Source of the DNA: Auanema rhodensis
Taxonomy: Eukaryota > Animalia > Nematoda
Assembly (NCBI GenBank): GCA_964057225.1
Contig: OZ059894.1
Span: forward strand, 14,756,001 to 14,820,000
Reading direction: 5' to 3'
Length of the DNA stretch: 64,000 bases
Made by a program: the position numbers and the translations under genes. Below, piece after piece: positions 1-11,205 of this stretch (its first letter is position 1; the number at the start of each line of letters is the position of its first letter). The notes under the pieces are model-generated. The model saw only the letters and a list, made by a program, of their open reading frames with translations. It was not told where the DNA came from and did no database searches.

Positions 1-1450
1 ATCCTTCGAAGTTATTATGATATATGTAGATGTTAATTGGAAAGGTGTTTTATTGGGAACAATGTAAACATATCTTTTTCGAATTTAAAAATAGTTTCTT
101 CAGTAGATTATTGTATAATGGTCATTTCGGTGAACAAACTATATATAATATAGTAAACAAACGCATTAAATGTCTGTTTTCTTAACTATTCATGAAAGAA
201 TTGCCTATAGGTTGCTGGACGGTTATATGCTGGATAGAAAAAGCAAATACAATGTAATACAACAGTGAAAAGTGACCGGATGAGCAGAACAACCGGAAAT
301 GCGGTACTAAAGCATGATCGTACGTACAATAGAGCTGACATATGATACAAAATGTAAATCAAACTGTTGGATCAGCCGGAGAAAAATATTTTTGTATTGT
401 TAAGGAATTACCTCTAGTTTTAGGAGGGATTCAAAAAAATTCCAAAAAACGATGACATCACTACAACTTGGAAAGATCAGGTTCAGCTCTCATAAATGTT
501 TTAAACATGTTTCAATGTTTCTTAAATACTCAAAAATAAAAATTATATTATAATTATATATATTATATATATTATATATTATATAGTATATTATATATAA
601 ATATAGTTGTATGTATAGTATACTGTAGAATTTTTATATTTTTTTTCAATTTGTGTATAAATAGTTAATTGAATATGATATATTTTATATCAAGTTTTCG
701 ATCATCAATCATTAATTCGGAGAATCTTTATTTATTTTTGGAAGATAAGTCTAAAAAAAACATCTGAGACGAGCCGCTCGGCATTTTGCCCTCTCAAAGT
801 CCGTGGCTGCAATATCAGGTCCACTCGAAGCCATTCCTATATGCTGCGTATTCGGCTTGTTAAAGAATGTGCAGAATAGAAATAGAAAATCAGAAAAAAC
901 AAAAGTTGATTAGATTCGCACTAGCTCAAACGGTTTTTCTTCTGGTTGTCCAACCTCATCGAGCAAAAAGTGGTTTGTATGTTGGTTTGTAGCACATCTT
1001 CCGAGAGTTTCATGCTAAAAGAAATTGAAGAATACGAATATGCTTGTTAGAACAAAAATTCATTCCTTGTATGAGTATTCCAACTAAAAGAGAAAGGCCA
1101 TATGATTCATTTCAATTCTTAAAAAACATCTAGTGGGCGTTACCTCAATTATCTGATGCGGTAAAGAACGTATAACACACTTCGATGTCCAGATACACAA
1201 ACTTAGAACTAGAACATCAGTGTCTGATTGTTATTTCATGTTATGTATTTCTTAAAATACATGCTCGATTCCGAAAAAAACGCTATTGTTCTGTGGTCGG
1301 TATTTCAATATTGCCATCACAACTTTTTGTTTGTAGTCGCGTGCAGGATTTAGGTGCTCAATGCCTAGTCGTTGACGTCCGATTCCTACGAAAGGAAAGG
1401 CGGAGTTTGAAACTTTAGGTATCGTTACGTAAGAAGGTGTTATCTTCAGG

Positions 1451-1480
1451 AACCGGTTGCGGAATTTCCTTTATAAGACC
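1451..1480 (+). promoter_or_regulatory. Core promoter of AP-rich gene 1: AACCGGTT (Grainyhead consensus) plus TATA-like element
   Basis: AACCGGTT at 1451-1458 and TTATAAGAC at 1471-1479, ~60-90 nt upstream of ATG 1541. The same TATAAGAC core precedes the paralog. Confidence 0.45.
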
Positions 1481-1540
1481 GCTGGAGCAGCTGTTTGATC
1501 ATCGGTTAGCTCACCGTCCAGTACTCTTTCGTTTTCAATT

Positions 1541-2248
1541 ATGATTTCCTCCGGACTGTAAGTTATTCACTTTATAAAAATATACTATATTGAATCATTT
1601 AGTGTAATTCTTGCTCTTACTACTATTTCATCTGCTCAAATTGCTGTGAATGGCCCATTCTATGGAAGATACTATGCTCAGGCTAAGCCCGTTCTTACTC
1701 CTGGACTTGCCCCAGTAGCTGCTCCAGTTTTTGCGGCTCCAGCTCCTCTTATGGCTCCAGCTCCAGCTCCCGTCTTTGCTGCTCCAGCCCCACCTCCAAT
1801 GCTTGCTGCTCCAGGTACACATATTTGTCCCTTATACATATACCATTTTTAAAATTAATATTCTCTTTTAGCTGTTCCAGTTGCTCGCCCAGTTCTCGCT
1901 GCCCCAGCCCCAGTTCTTGCTGCTCCAGCTGTTCCAGTAGCCCGTCCAATGTTCGCTGCTCCACCTCCAGTAGCTCCAATGGTTGCTGCTGCTCCCGCTC
2001 CAGTCTTTGCTGCCCCAGCTCCAGCCCCAGTCTTTGCTGCTCCAGCTCCAGCCCCAGTCTTCGCTGCTCCAGCTCCAGCCCCAGTCTTCGCTGCTCCAGC
2101 TCCAGGCCCAGTCTTTGCTGCTCCAGCTCCAGCTCCAGTCTTTGCTGCCCCAGCTCCATTAGCCGCTGCCCCAGCCCTTGTTCCAGCCTACGCACCATTC
2201 GCTAGAACTGCCTTCTTCATTGGATCCAACAAGGCCAAGACCAACTAA
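1541..2248 (+). CDS. Secreted Ala/Pro/Val-rich repetitive protein (putative cuticle/extracellular-matrix low-complexity protein), copy 1
   Basis: Three exons (1541-1557, 1603-1814, 1872-2248) with canonical short introns. Protein: signal peptide MISSGLVILALTTISSA, then QIAVNGPFYGRYYAQAKPVLTPGL, APAPVFAAP repeats, and C-terminal AFFIGSNKAKTN*. TATA-like TTATAAGAC at ~1471. Paralog at 3783-4574. Confidence 0.9.
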
Positions 2249-2466
2249 ATTATATGATAATTGCAATGATGATGCCATGTCTGTATATTATGTTGACAAC
2301 ATGTAAAATTGAAAATAAATTATAAATATAAAAAGAATCATATGTCTTCAATTCGATTAAGAATTTAATAAACATGACGGTAGCGTTCAAGTAGAAATTG
2401 AATGTTTGTATTGCTAAAGATACCGGATATTCTTAAATCAAACAAACTATGAGATATTAAACATTT

Positions 2467-3001
2467 GGTTCTTTTTCCGTTTCTATACCCCCCGATTTTA
2501 GCCCCGCCCCTTTTGCCGTTGGGCGCATACTTTTCTACCATTCGGCTTCCCTTCCTAAAACGGGGGGGTTTGGGGGGGTTTCCCCCCCTATGGGGATATC
2601 TATAATAAGTGTAATAAACCTTGAATATATTATGATATAAAAACTAAATCATTATTGGTTATTGCATCTACATTATCAACCATTTTTTGTCTAAATGTTT
2701 GCTCCAAAAGAACGGCTTCTTACTGAAGCTGATGCCATTCAATTCTTGCAAGAAAAAGGTATAGTCTTTGAGACTAACGAATGTGAGCGATGTTAACGAA
2801 AAATGAGTCTTTCTTTTGCTCGAAATAAGTCGAGATGTACCATAAAAGACTGTAGAAGGAAAATTCTAAAAAAAATGGAACATTTGTGGATATCTGGATA
2901 CCACCGTATCTCATATAGGTATCACATTTTAATAAAAGTATGTGCCTAACGGCAAAAGGGGCGGGGCTTAAGACGGGGGGTATAGAAACGGAAAAAGCGC
3001 C
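2467..3001 (+). mobile_element. Non-autonomous Merlin (IS1016/ISXO2-like) DNA transposon deletion derivative, 535 bp
   Basis: Imperfect ~70-bp terminal inverted repeats with GG...CC ends (ggttctttttccgtttctatacccc... / ...ggggtatagaaacggaaaaagcgcc). Exact 8-bp flanking duplication AAACATTT at 2459-2466 and 3002-3009. Internal broken frame from ATG 2695 reads MFAPKERLLTEADAIQFLQEKGIVFETNECERC*RKMSLSFARNKSRCTIKDCRR, resembling the Merlin transposase N-terminal zinc-ribbon region. Confidence 0.85.
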
Positions 3002-3782
3002 AAACATTTTTTTTTGTAATTTTTCACACCATGAATAAAAAAATTAAAATAATTTCAGAAGAATATAATATAAAAATGTTAAGAAATATTAATGATATCG
3101 ATTAGGAAAAATGCAACCACTCTCCAGTATCATATAAATTAAAATGAAATAATATGGGAATCAATAAATCCAAACATTTTTTTAAGATGTTCAAACTATT
3201 TCAAACTCTTCTGAATTAAAACAACATATTTTTTCTAGATATTGTATGGAATAATTTTAATTATGACTATACTACATAAAACTTAAATTTTGAAAATTGT
3301 ATGAATGTGTGGAGCATTAGATGTATGATTGGAGTAGTTTTGAAACTAATATAGAATAAAACAGTTCTTTATATTTCTGATTGAAATTAGGTTTATTTTT
3401 TTTGTTTTTTTTTAAATAAAATAAAATATATTCTTTATAAATATAATGAAAGTTAATTGTATGAGTACATGTACTGGAAATTGGTGAATACAACCAACTT
3501 TTAATTCTTGATCTTGTATTTTGTATAATCTATTCCTAACTTTTGCCAAAAAAAAGGCTGAGTTATGTGGTGCAAATAACTTGATTCTGTTCTCTATTAT
3601 TTCATTTTCCCTATTTTATTGTATTCTAGTTTGAAGTTGGTTTTCTCCTGGTGATGTTGATCAGGTAGAATAGATAATTGAATCATAATATTATAAAAAT
3701 AAAATCTCAAAGATAATCATAATATATATTTATTTTTTCTCTCGAAGATATGTACAGATAATTCGTATTCGTTTAAAATCAT

Positions 3783-4574
3783 CTATAGGCTTTTAGCCTT
3801 ATTGCTGCCGATGAAGAAGGCATTTCTGGCAAATGGAGCATAAGCTGGAACTACGGCGGGAGCAGCAGCGACAACTGGGGCATGGGCTACAATTGGGGCT
3901 GGAGCTGCAAACATTGGACGAGCTACTGGAACGGCTGGAGCGACGATGGCTGGAGCTGGAGCAGCGAACATTGGACGAGCTACTGGAACGGCTGGAGCGA
4001 CGATGGCTGGAGCTGGAGCAGCGAACATTGGACGAGCTACTGGAACGGCTGGAGCGACGATGGCTGGAGCTGGAGCAGCGAACATTGGGCGAGCCACTGG
4101 TACAGCTGGAGCAGCGAACATTGGGCGAGCTACTGGAACGGCTGGAGCAGCCAACATTGGGCGAGCTACTGGAACGGCTGGAGCAGCGAACATGGGGCGA
4201 GCTACTGGGACAGCTGGAGCTGCAAAGACGGGAGCTGGAGCTGCAAGGACTGGGCGAGCAACTGGAACAGCTGGGGCGACAACGGCTGGAGGTGGAGCAG
4301 CGAACATTGGGCGAGCTACTGGGATAGCTGGAGCAGCAAGAACTGGGGCTGGTGCAGCAAGAACTGGGGCTGGTGCAGCGAGAACTGGGGCACCAACAGG
4401 AGCAAGTCCAGGAGTAAGAACGGGCTTAGCTTGAGCATAGTATCTTCCATAGAATGGGCCATTCACAGCAATTTGAGCAGATGAGAAGGCACAGAGAGCG
4501 AAAAGAATGCTGAAAATTATTAAATTAGTTGAAGTAGACCATAAAGAAACATACGCAACAGTGGAAGAGCTCAT
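3783..4574 (-). CDS. Secreted Ala/Pro/Val-rich repetitive protein, copy 2
   Basis: Exon 1 at 4574-4555, a 45-nt intron (4554-4510, GTATG...TTTTCAG), and exon 2 at 4509-3783. Protein: MSSSTVAILFALCAFSSA, QIAVNGPFYGRYYAQAKPVLTPGL, AVPVARPMFAAP repeats including 60-nt tandem units, and AFFIGSNKAKSL*. TATATAAGAC upstream on the minus strand at ~4629-4638. Confidence 0.9.
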   Translation of the reverse strand: MSSSTVAYVSLWSTSTNLIIFSILFALCAFSSAQIAVNGPFYGRYYAQAKPVLTPGLAPVGAPVLAAPAPVLAAPAPVLAAPAIPVARPMFAAPPPAVVAPAVPVARPVLAAPAPVFAAPAVPVARPMFAAPAVPVARPMLAAPAVPVARPMFAAPAVPVARPMFAAPAPAIVAPAVPVARPMFAAPAPAIVAPAVPVARPMFAAPAPAIVAPAVPVARPMFAAPAPIVAHAPVVAAAPAVVPAYAPFARNAFFIGSNKAKSL

Positions 4575-5402
4575 ATTAGTTCCGTATGACAAACAAGCTG
4601 ATGTCCTATATTCTGATGTCCATTTTCCGTCTTATATAGCAGATCGAAGTTTAGGCAGAAGGCGGGATGCTTCGCATTCTACGTCAGAATGTTTTGTTTG
4701 TTGTGGCTGCACACGATGAAAAGAACTACAGAAAAGTAGAAGAAGAACAACTGAGCAGAATGGAAACAAAGTGCATTTCCGGTTGTTGTTCGTTTCGGCT
4801 GCTTCGGCAAAAAACGTCCGATAGTTCAGCAGGTTCTGTGAATCTCAGAGGCTCAAGCGAAGCGCCACAGTAGAGAGCACATGGCGAAATAACGACATAG
4901 AACCGGAAAAGAAGCTGTATGAAGAATAGAGAACAGACATTATTGAAGTAGATTTTACGGCAGGACCGAAGTCTATAAGCAGCATATGTAGCTCAGAAGA
5001 GAAAGATGAAGTCAGGAGAAACAGAAAACGATTGAGAGAGACAGCAAAAGTGTGAAGTATGCAATCAGACGGAGTTGACGCTGTGCTGAGTAGAAGATAC
5101 AGAAGAAGACGAAAGCCGATGATGTGCAGAACTATGAAGTCGCCGAGACTCATTTTTGGAAAAAACTTTTTTTTCACATAGCTGGTTTTGAAGTTTCATA
5201 AGTTGTTCGACGAAATAATAGAGCCAATTCATATATAAGAAACGGGAAAAAAGCAGAAGCAACCATGCTGAACTTGCAGCATTTTTTTGTTTTTGAGATA
5301 TGTACTCTTAGAAATCGTTTTTAATGTACAAGAAAGTTTTATAATAACCATAAATAATACAATGATTAAAATATAATTTCATATATTATATTAATATATT
5401 TT

Positions 5403-6172
5403 TCATGCAAATAATGTTGTCCTCATTATTACTTCCTTTTTCGAATGTTGCGGTAATTGAGCGAATGAACGATATCTACATTGAATTCCCAAATATAAGA
5501 CACATAACATTGCAAACGATAACGCAGAATTCAATCCAAAAACAACCTGAAAGACTGAATCAAGAAAAGCTCTTATTAAGAATTTAACTTACACATGAGG
5601 CCCTGAATCGAACAAAATACCAATGGGAAGCTAGTTGGAACTGTTTCGGAGTTGAGTGGTAAGCGAATTTTGATAAATCACTTGAAGTTTGTGCAGCCAC
5701 AATAGAACAATATGCTGATCCAACAGACGACACAGCTAATAGTACTGTATGCTGAATTGAATTGAATATCTTTAATTTTTGTTGAATTATCTTACTAATA
5801 AAGATGATATTTCGGGATGTTGATTAGTTCGTTCTCTGAACCATCTTGGTGTAGATTCATAAAAATAAAATACAAGAGCTAGAATTAGACTGTATACTGA
5901 GAAGGAATAAAACCAATACGATTGCTCGGGCTCCAAAAGAATACGCTAAACAAATTATTTATAATCATTATTTGCAACTGATGATAAGATACCTGATCAG
6001 GAACAGTATAATACATTCTATGCATAACAATAAAATCAAAGATTGAAGCAGTAATGCATAGCAAAACTATACAAGAAACCTAAAGATATATTCTTTTAAA
6101 ATGATTAACATAGCAATGAAAGTTTACCAAAATACTTGAATTAATAAGAATCACTACAGTTGATGATTGCAT
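5403..6172 (-). CDS. Uncharacterised ~195-aa four-transmembrane protein (missed by the ORF track)
   Basis: Five in-phase exons: MQSSTVVILINSSIL|VSCIVLLCITASIFDFIVMHRMYYTVPDQ|RILLEPEQSYWFYSFSVYSLILALVFYFYESTPRWFRERTNQHPEISSLL|HTVLLAVSSVGSAYCSIVAAQTSSDLSKFAYHSTPKQFQLASHWYFVRFRASC|VVFGLNSALSFAMLCVLYLGIQCRYRSF...TTLFA*. All introns are GT-AG and short. Confidence 0.8.
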
Positions 6173-7883
6173 ATTGGGATTCCTTTTAAGAAATATTTCT
6201 AAATAGAATAAGACTTGTAAATAATAATGCTAAAAATAATAACTGAAAGAGAGAGAGAGAGGGAGAGGAAGAGAGAGAGAGAAAGAGAGATAGGAAGAAA
6301 GAAAGAGAAAGCAGGGATTAAGAATGAAAAAAACAAAAGTAAGTGACGGAAACGCAGATAAAAAATGGTATATTCACAACGTTTTTTGTTTTATCTTGAA
6401 AACGAAGAAATTAATATATTTTTCAACTTTTTGATTTGAATTTTAATGGAAATATTCGAAGTAAATTACTTTAATAATTGACTTAAAACAACACTTATTT
6501 ATGATTATTGAATATAGTAGTGTGTGATTCTAATTTCGAGTGTTTGTATGATTTTTGTTTTATAGGTATTAAGTATACATGTGTTTATGTTAATGTTACA
6601 TCAATTTATTAAACTCGAAAAATTAGAATATAGAATGGGGGGGGGGGTGGCATAAAACCTGAAAAAACTAAAAATTGTTATATATTCATAATTTTTATAA
6701 AAACAATTATTCATCATGTAATAATTTTAGAAATATTAGAGTTTTAATAATAATTTTAAAATAAAAAAGATTTAAAACTTTATAACTTCCTTATTAAGAA
6801 CGTACAGTTTGCTCTAAGAAAGTCATACTTATGAACGAATGATGTTGAAGGATAACAGCTCGCACGATTGCAACTGCCTTCAGTGATCAAACAGAAGATT
6901 AAGTCAATAACAACAATTGTCTGAGCTATTGGTCAATGTAAATGGTCAAAGGAGCCTGAAGAGTCTTAGTATACTCTCGTTACCCTTTATTTTTAGGGTA
7001 TTGTCAGAAGACCGAGAGAATAACGACGAGACATAATGAAAGAAAAGAGAAATAGACGTTGGAGATAAGTAACAGGAATTCAAATAGGTTCGGTAGTTGG
7101 CAAACACAGCATCACAATAACAGAGAAAAATATTAGTCTTCAGTAACTATGCAACATATAATTTGTGAGCACGGATTTACGCCTCTGAACAATTTTTGTG
7201 AGATAGTTAGTTGTATTTAATTGGCTAGGCAAGCGTTTATTCGCATGAATTTTGGAATGACTCAAGATAAATATCTTGAACACAATGATATATAATCACT
7301 TCAGATATTAATACTCATGTAAAAATCAATAATTCGCTGTTTTTGCTTAAATATACGTCTACATTCATCGGATTTGTATGGAAATAAAGGACAAAGTATG
7401 AGTGAACATTAATCGATCATAGTAATATAAAACATCAAAGCCTTTTACTTGCTCAACGGGATATTTTTTTAATCCTGAAAACATACTGATGATCATGGCT
7501 AATTTACTAGATATTTGCTTTACATGTGTGAATACATCCAATTAAAAATTTTACCATATACATGGAATTAAGGAGTACTGTGTTTCTTATTTTGTTTTTC
7601 ACAAAAGTGAGAACGGTTGTTTAACAAACAAATTTAATTCTTCTCATGCAGTATATTAATATTTAATCCGTACTACCGAAGAAATTTATCTTTCTCAATT
7701 AGCTGAACCCTTGCTGATTAAATATAAAAGATTTTTTGCTACAACGGTACGTGATTCTGACGCCGTAGTTTGCGTACTTCTGAAATAATTGACATTCAAC
7801 TGAAGCATCATGTGTTACATTTTTTGTGTTAACTTATCTGTTTTCTTGGATTAGATAAGTATTATACTAAATAAAATTTAGTA

Positions 7884-10150
7884 ATGCCCGGACCGAATGC
7901 TGAACGTGCTAAAGCTGGTGGCATTCCTGACCGTTGGCTTTATTGTCCTAAAATTGGACAGGTAAATAAAGAAACATTTCAAGCTAGGGATATACACATT
8001 ATTCAAAATTTTTAAGATTGTAGCCGATTTGTTTATTCCATTCAAAGTACCGTTATGTGGTTTATATGACGATCAAATTGAAAAAAAATATCGTTTTCAT
8101 CCAGAAGAAGTCTTCAAGCACCCCAATGTAAAGGGTAAAAAAATTGGGTTATGGATTGATTTAACTAATACTGATCGATTTTATTTTACTGATCAGGTGA
8201 CTCCGCAAAACTGAAAATTATTTAAAGTATTTCATGTTATAGGTGACGGACCAAGGATGCCAATATCGTAAGATAAAAATGGCAGGTCACAAACAGTCTC
8301 CAACCATTGAAGAAGTTGAACAATTTATCAGACTTGTTAAAGGATTCACAACTGTAAGATTGTTGTGTTTTATGTTCTTTAAAAGAATATTATTAAAGAG
8401 TAATCCTGGACAACTTGTTGCTATTCATTGTACTCATGGTTTTAATCGTACAGGATTTGTAATTTCCTCTTACATGGTAACAGTTTTGGTAGGGAGATAA
8501 ATGATGCTTCACATATATATTAAAAAAAAATATAGGATTGGCCTATCGATGCTGCAATTCAAACGTTTGCTGGCTGCAGACCAGTAGGAATTTACAAGCA
8601 AGATTATATCAACGATCTTTTCCAACGATTTGGTGATGGTGATGATGAAGATATCATAGAGGTTGATTTCTTCATTAGTTGTAGCAGTATTCTTGATTGT
8701 TCTAGGCTCCTGACAAGCCATCGTGGGAGTACAATGAAGATAAAAGCATGCATGATGGCCCATCTACAAGTGGAGGAAAAACGAATGGTAATTATTTATA
8801 TATTGAACACAAAGTCTATTCTTCACCCTAAAATTTAGCTGCAACTACAAACAAGAAGTTATTCATGGATGGATTAGTTGAAAATATTCGCTTAATTGAA
8901 GATAATGATAAGAAGGCTATGCTCCAAGCAAAGGTAGATCTTTTTCTCTGATATTCCCTGACAATAGTTTCAGATTAAACAACTTTGTCGGTATGACCGA
9001 AACGGTTTTCCTGGTCTTCAGCCCGTGTCCTTAGAATATTCACCAGAACGTAAAAATTTAGAGCTGCTAGGAAAAGAAAAGTTCTTGGTTTCTTGGAAAG
9101 CTGACGGAATGAGGTACAACGTTAAGCTAAGATTCTATTTACTGGATATTTTGTTTAGATATATGGTTTACATATGTGATAAGGATGAAGTTTACGCATT
9201 TGATCGCGATAATGAAGTTTGTGTCTACTATATGCTCTAATTGTTTATCTTGTTCAGATTTTCCATATCCCTAACCTTGAATTTCCTCATTCCTCTCTTC
9301 GCCGACATTTAACAAATACACTCGTTGATGCTGAAATGATTATAGAAAATGTATGACACAACTATATGTATTATTTTTACACAAACCTATGTTTAAAGGT
9401 TGAAGGAAAAAAAATACCCCGACTACTTATATATGATATTATTCAATTCGAAGTGAGTTGACATCTGTTTCATTTCTGTTAAGAAAATTATTTTAGGAAT
9501 TTCGTGTCGCAAAAGATGATTTTGAAAAACGAAGAACTTGTTTAATTAATGAAGTCATCAGACCGCGTACTAAAGCTATGGAGGTAGCGTAATTATTGAA
9601 AACAAAATTTCAAATTATCTCCTGTTATAGTTGGGACAAATGTCTCGTGAAAAACAGTGTATGTCTGTTAGGCAAAAAGGCTTCTGGGAACTATCTTGCG
9701 TACGCTGCATTATTATCTTATTCATGAAATATATTATTTTTTTAGGTTGAAAAATTATTCTCACCTGCTTTTCAACAAAATCTATGCCATGAAGTTGATG
9801 GATTAATTTTCCAACCAGTTAAAATGGTATGTATTGCTTGTTTTCGTGTATATATTGTTGACGGTTTTAGCCATATATTCCCGGACGTTGTGATAAGGTT
9901 TTAAAGTGGAAACCACCATCTCATAACTCTATTGATTTTAAGTTACAAATAAGAAAGTAAGGATTTTATATACTGATAATGTGCATAACATTATTCTTAG
10001 AATACAAAAAGAAGGACAATTAGCTGAACATATTGGCTTCCTTTATGTTCAACATAGATCAGAACCCTTTGCTCAGATGAAAGCTACCCGATCTCTCTTG
10101 CCTTATGATAATAGGATCATTGAATGTACTTTTGATGTAAGTTCATTAGC

Positions 10151-10196
<46 letters not shown>

Positions 10197-10476
10197 TAAT
10201 AAGATTTCTTTTAGACTAAAAAGGGCGAATGGAAATTCATGAGAGAACGAACAGATAAATCGTTGCCCAATTCATTCAATACTGCGTCTGCTGTTTGGAG
10301 CAGTATGATGTATCCAGTTGAGCAGGATAATCTAGTACAGTAAGTTTTTTCATTATTCATTTAAGTCCTGATCGTGCATGTTTTGTAGATTTATTAAAAC
10401 TCGAGGATATGGCATGCATAGACGACCTGCGGGACATAGTGAGGATGGACCTCCTCATAAGATGCAGAAGACATAG
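7884..10476 (+). CDS. cel-1: mRNA capping enzyme (RNA triphosphatase + guanylyltransferase, RNGTT)
   Basis: Multi-exon. [30 protein letters not shown], phosphatase P-loop [19 protein letters not shown], GTase motif [43 protein letters not shown]. Confidence 0.97.
10152..10194. repeat. (TA)n microsatellite in cel-1 intron
   Basis: Pure TA run of ~21 units. Confidence 0.95.
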
Positions 10477-10605
10477 CTGCTAACTGATAAATAACTTTAG
10501 TTTATCAGCCAAGTTTTTTTAGTTTGTATCGTTCTTTTATATGTTATTTCTCACTATTTGCGGGTTTTGATCTGAGAGAATTTTTAATTCATATAATAAA
10601 TCTTT

Positions 10606-11205
10606 TCAGCATTTGTAAGTAGTTAAGGCATTTTCCAATTCAGAAGGTACATTCATCCACTGAAGAACGCTTTCATAGCTATCAGAACTTGGGTTGTCTG
10701 GCAAAATTTGGCCACAAATAACAGTGCTCAAGCTTCCATTGTTGTTTCTACCTGTAATACCATTTTTCTGACTATGTCACAAAGATAATTAATGTACCCG
10801 AAAGTAGATATTCTTTTCCTGTGTCAAGAATTACACCGCAAGCTGCGGATTCTGATGGTGAGAAAATTTCAGTTGGCATTGTTCCCAAGCCACTTGGAGT
10901 CTATAATTAATGGTTTTTAATTAACAATTGAATATAATTTACCTTGAAAACTTTAACATGCTCAACGGAATATTTGATATGATTTAGCCCTGGTCTGTTA
11001 GAATCATGCACATTTGGTTGCTTGGTTGAACGAAGTCGAATACGTACATGTGAAACTGAAAAGTAAGATAAACTAAATAGTTTAGAAGTTGTAACTTGCC
11101 CCAATCCGCTCTACAGAAAGCATCTTTGCTTGAAACTGGAAGACATTTACAAGCAACTATGTATCCTATTAAAGCACTTAATAGAACCAAGATAAATGGA
11201 CGCAT
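10606..11205 (-). CDS. Secreted single-domain TIMP (NTR/netrin-module metalloproteinase inhibitor)
   Basis: Four exons: signal peptide MRPFILVLLSALIGYIVA, mature N-terminus CKC (TIMP C-x-C), then AFCRADWVSHVRI, KYSVEHVKVFK, IFSPSESAACGVILDTGKEYLLSG and ICGQI...YKC*. The first intron has a GC donor. Confidence 0.92.

Noticed and set aside
3900-4400. Regular direct repeats as a possible CRISPR-like array
   Set aside because: In-frame 36/60-nt coding repeats without unique spacers, in a eukaryotic gene.
1628-4484. Antisense and alternate-frame ORFs over the AP-rich genes (ELEQ-, GAA-, WS- and CS-rich products)
   Set aside because: Shadow frames of GCT/CCA-rich repetitive codons. Only the AP frame has a signal peptide, splice sites and paralog conservation.
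4575-4592. ORF-track start at 4592 with read-through of 4554-4510
   Set aside because: The track start is not a true ATG (the real ATG is at 4574), and the 45-nt segment is a canonical intron at the same position as intron 1 of the paralog.
4845-5177. 110-aa minus-strand hydrophobic ORF
   Set aside because: Derives from purine-skewed upstream DNA; no recognisable motif or splice-supported model.
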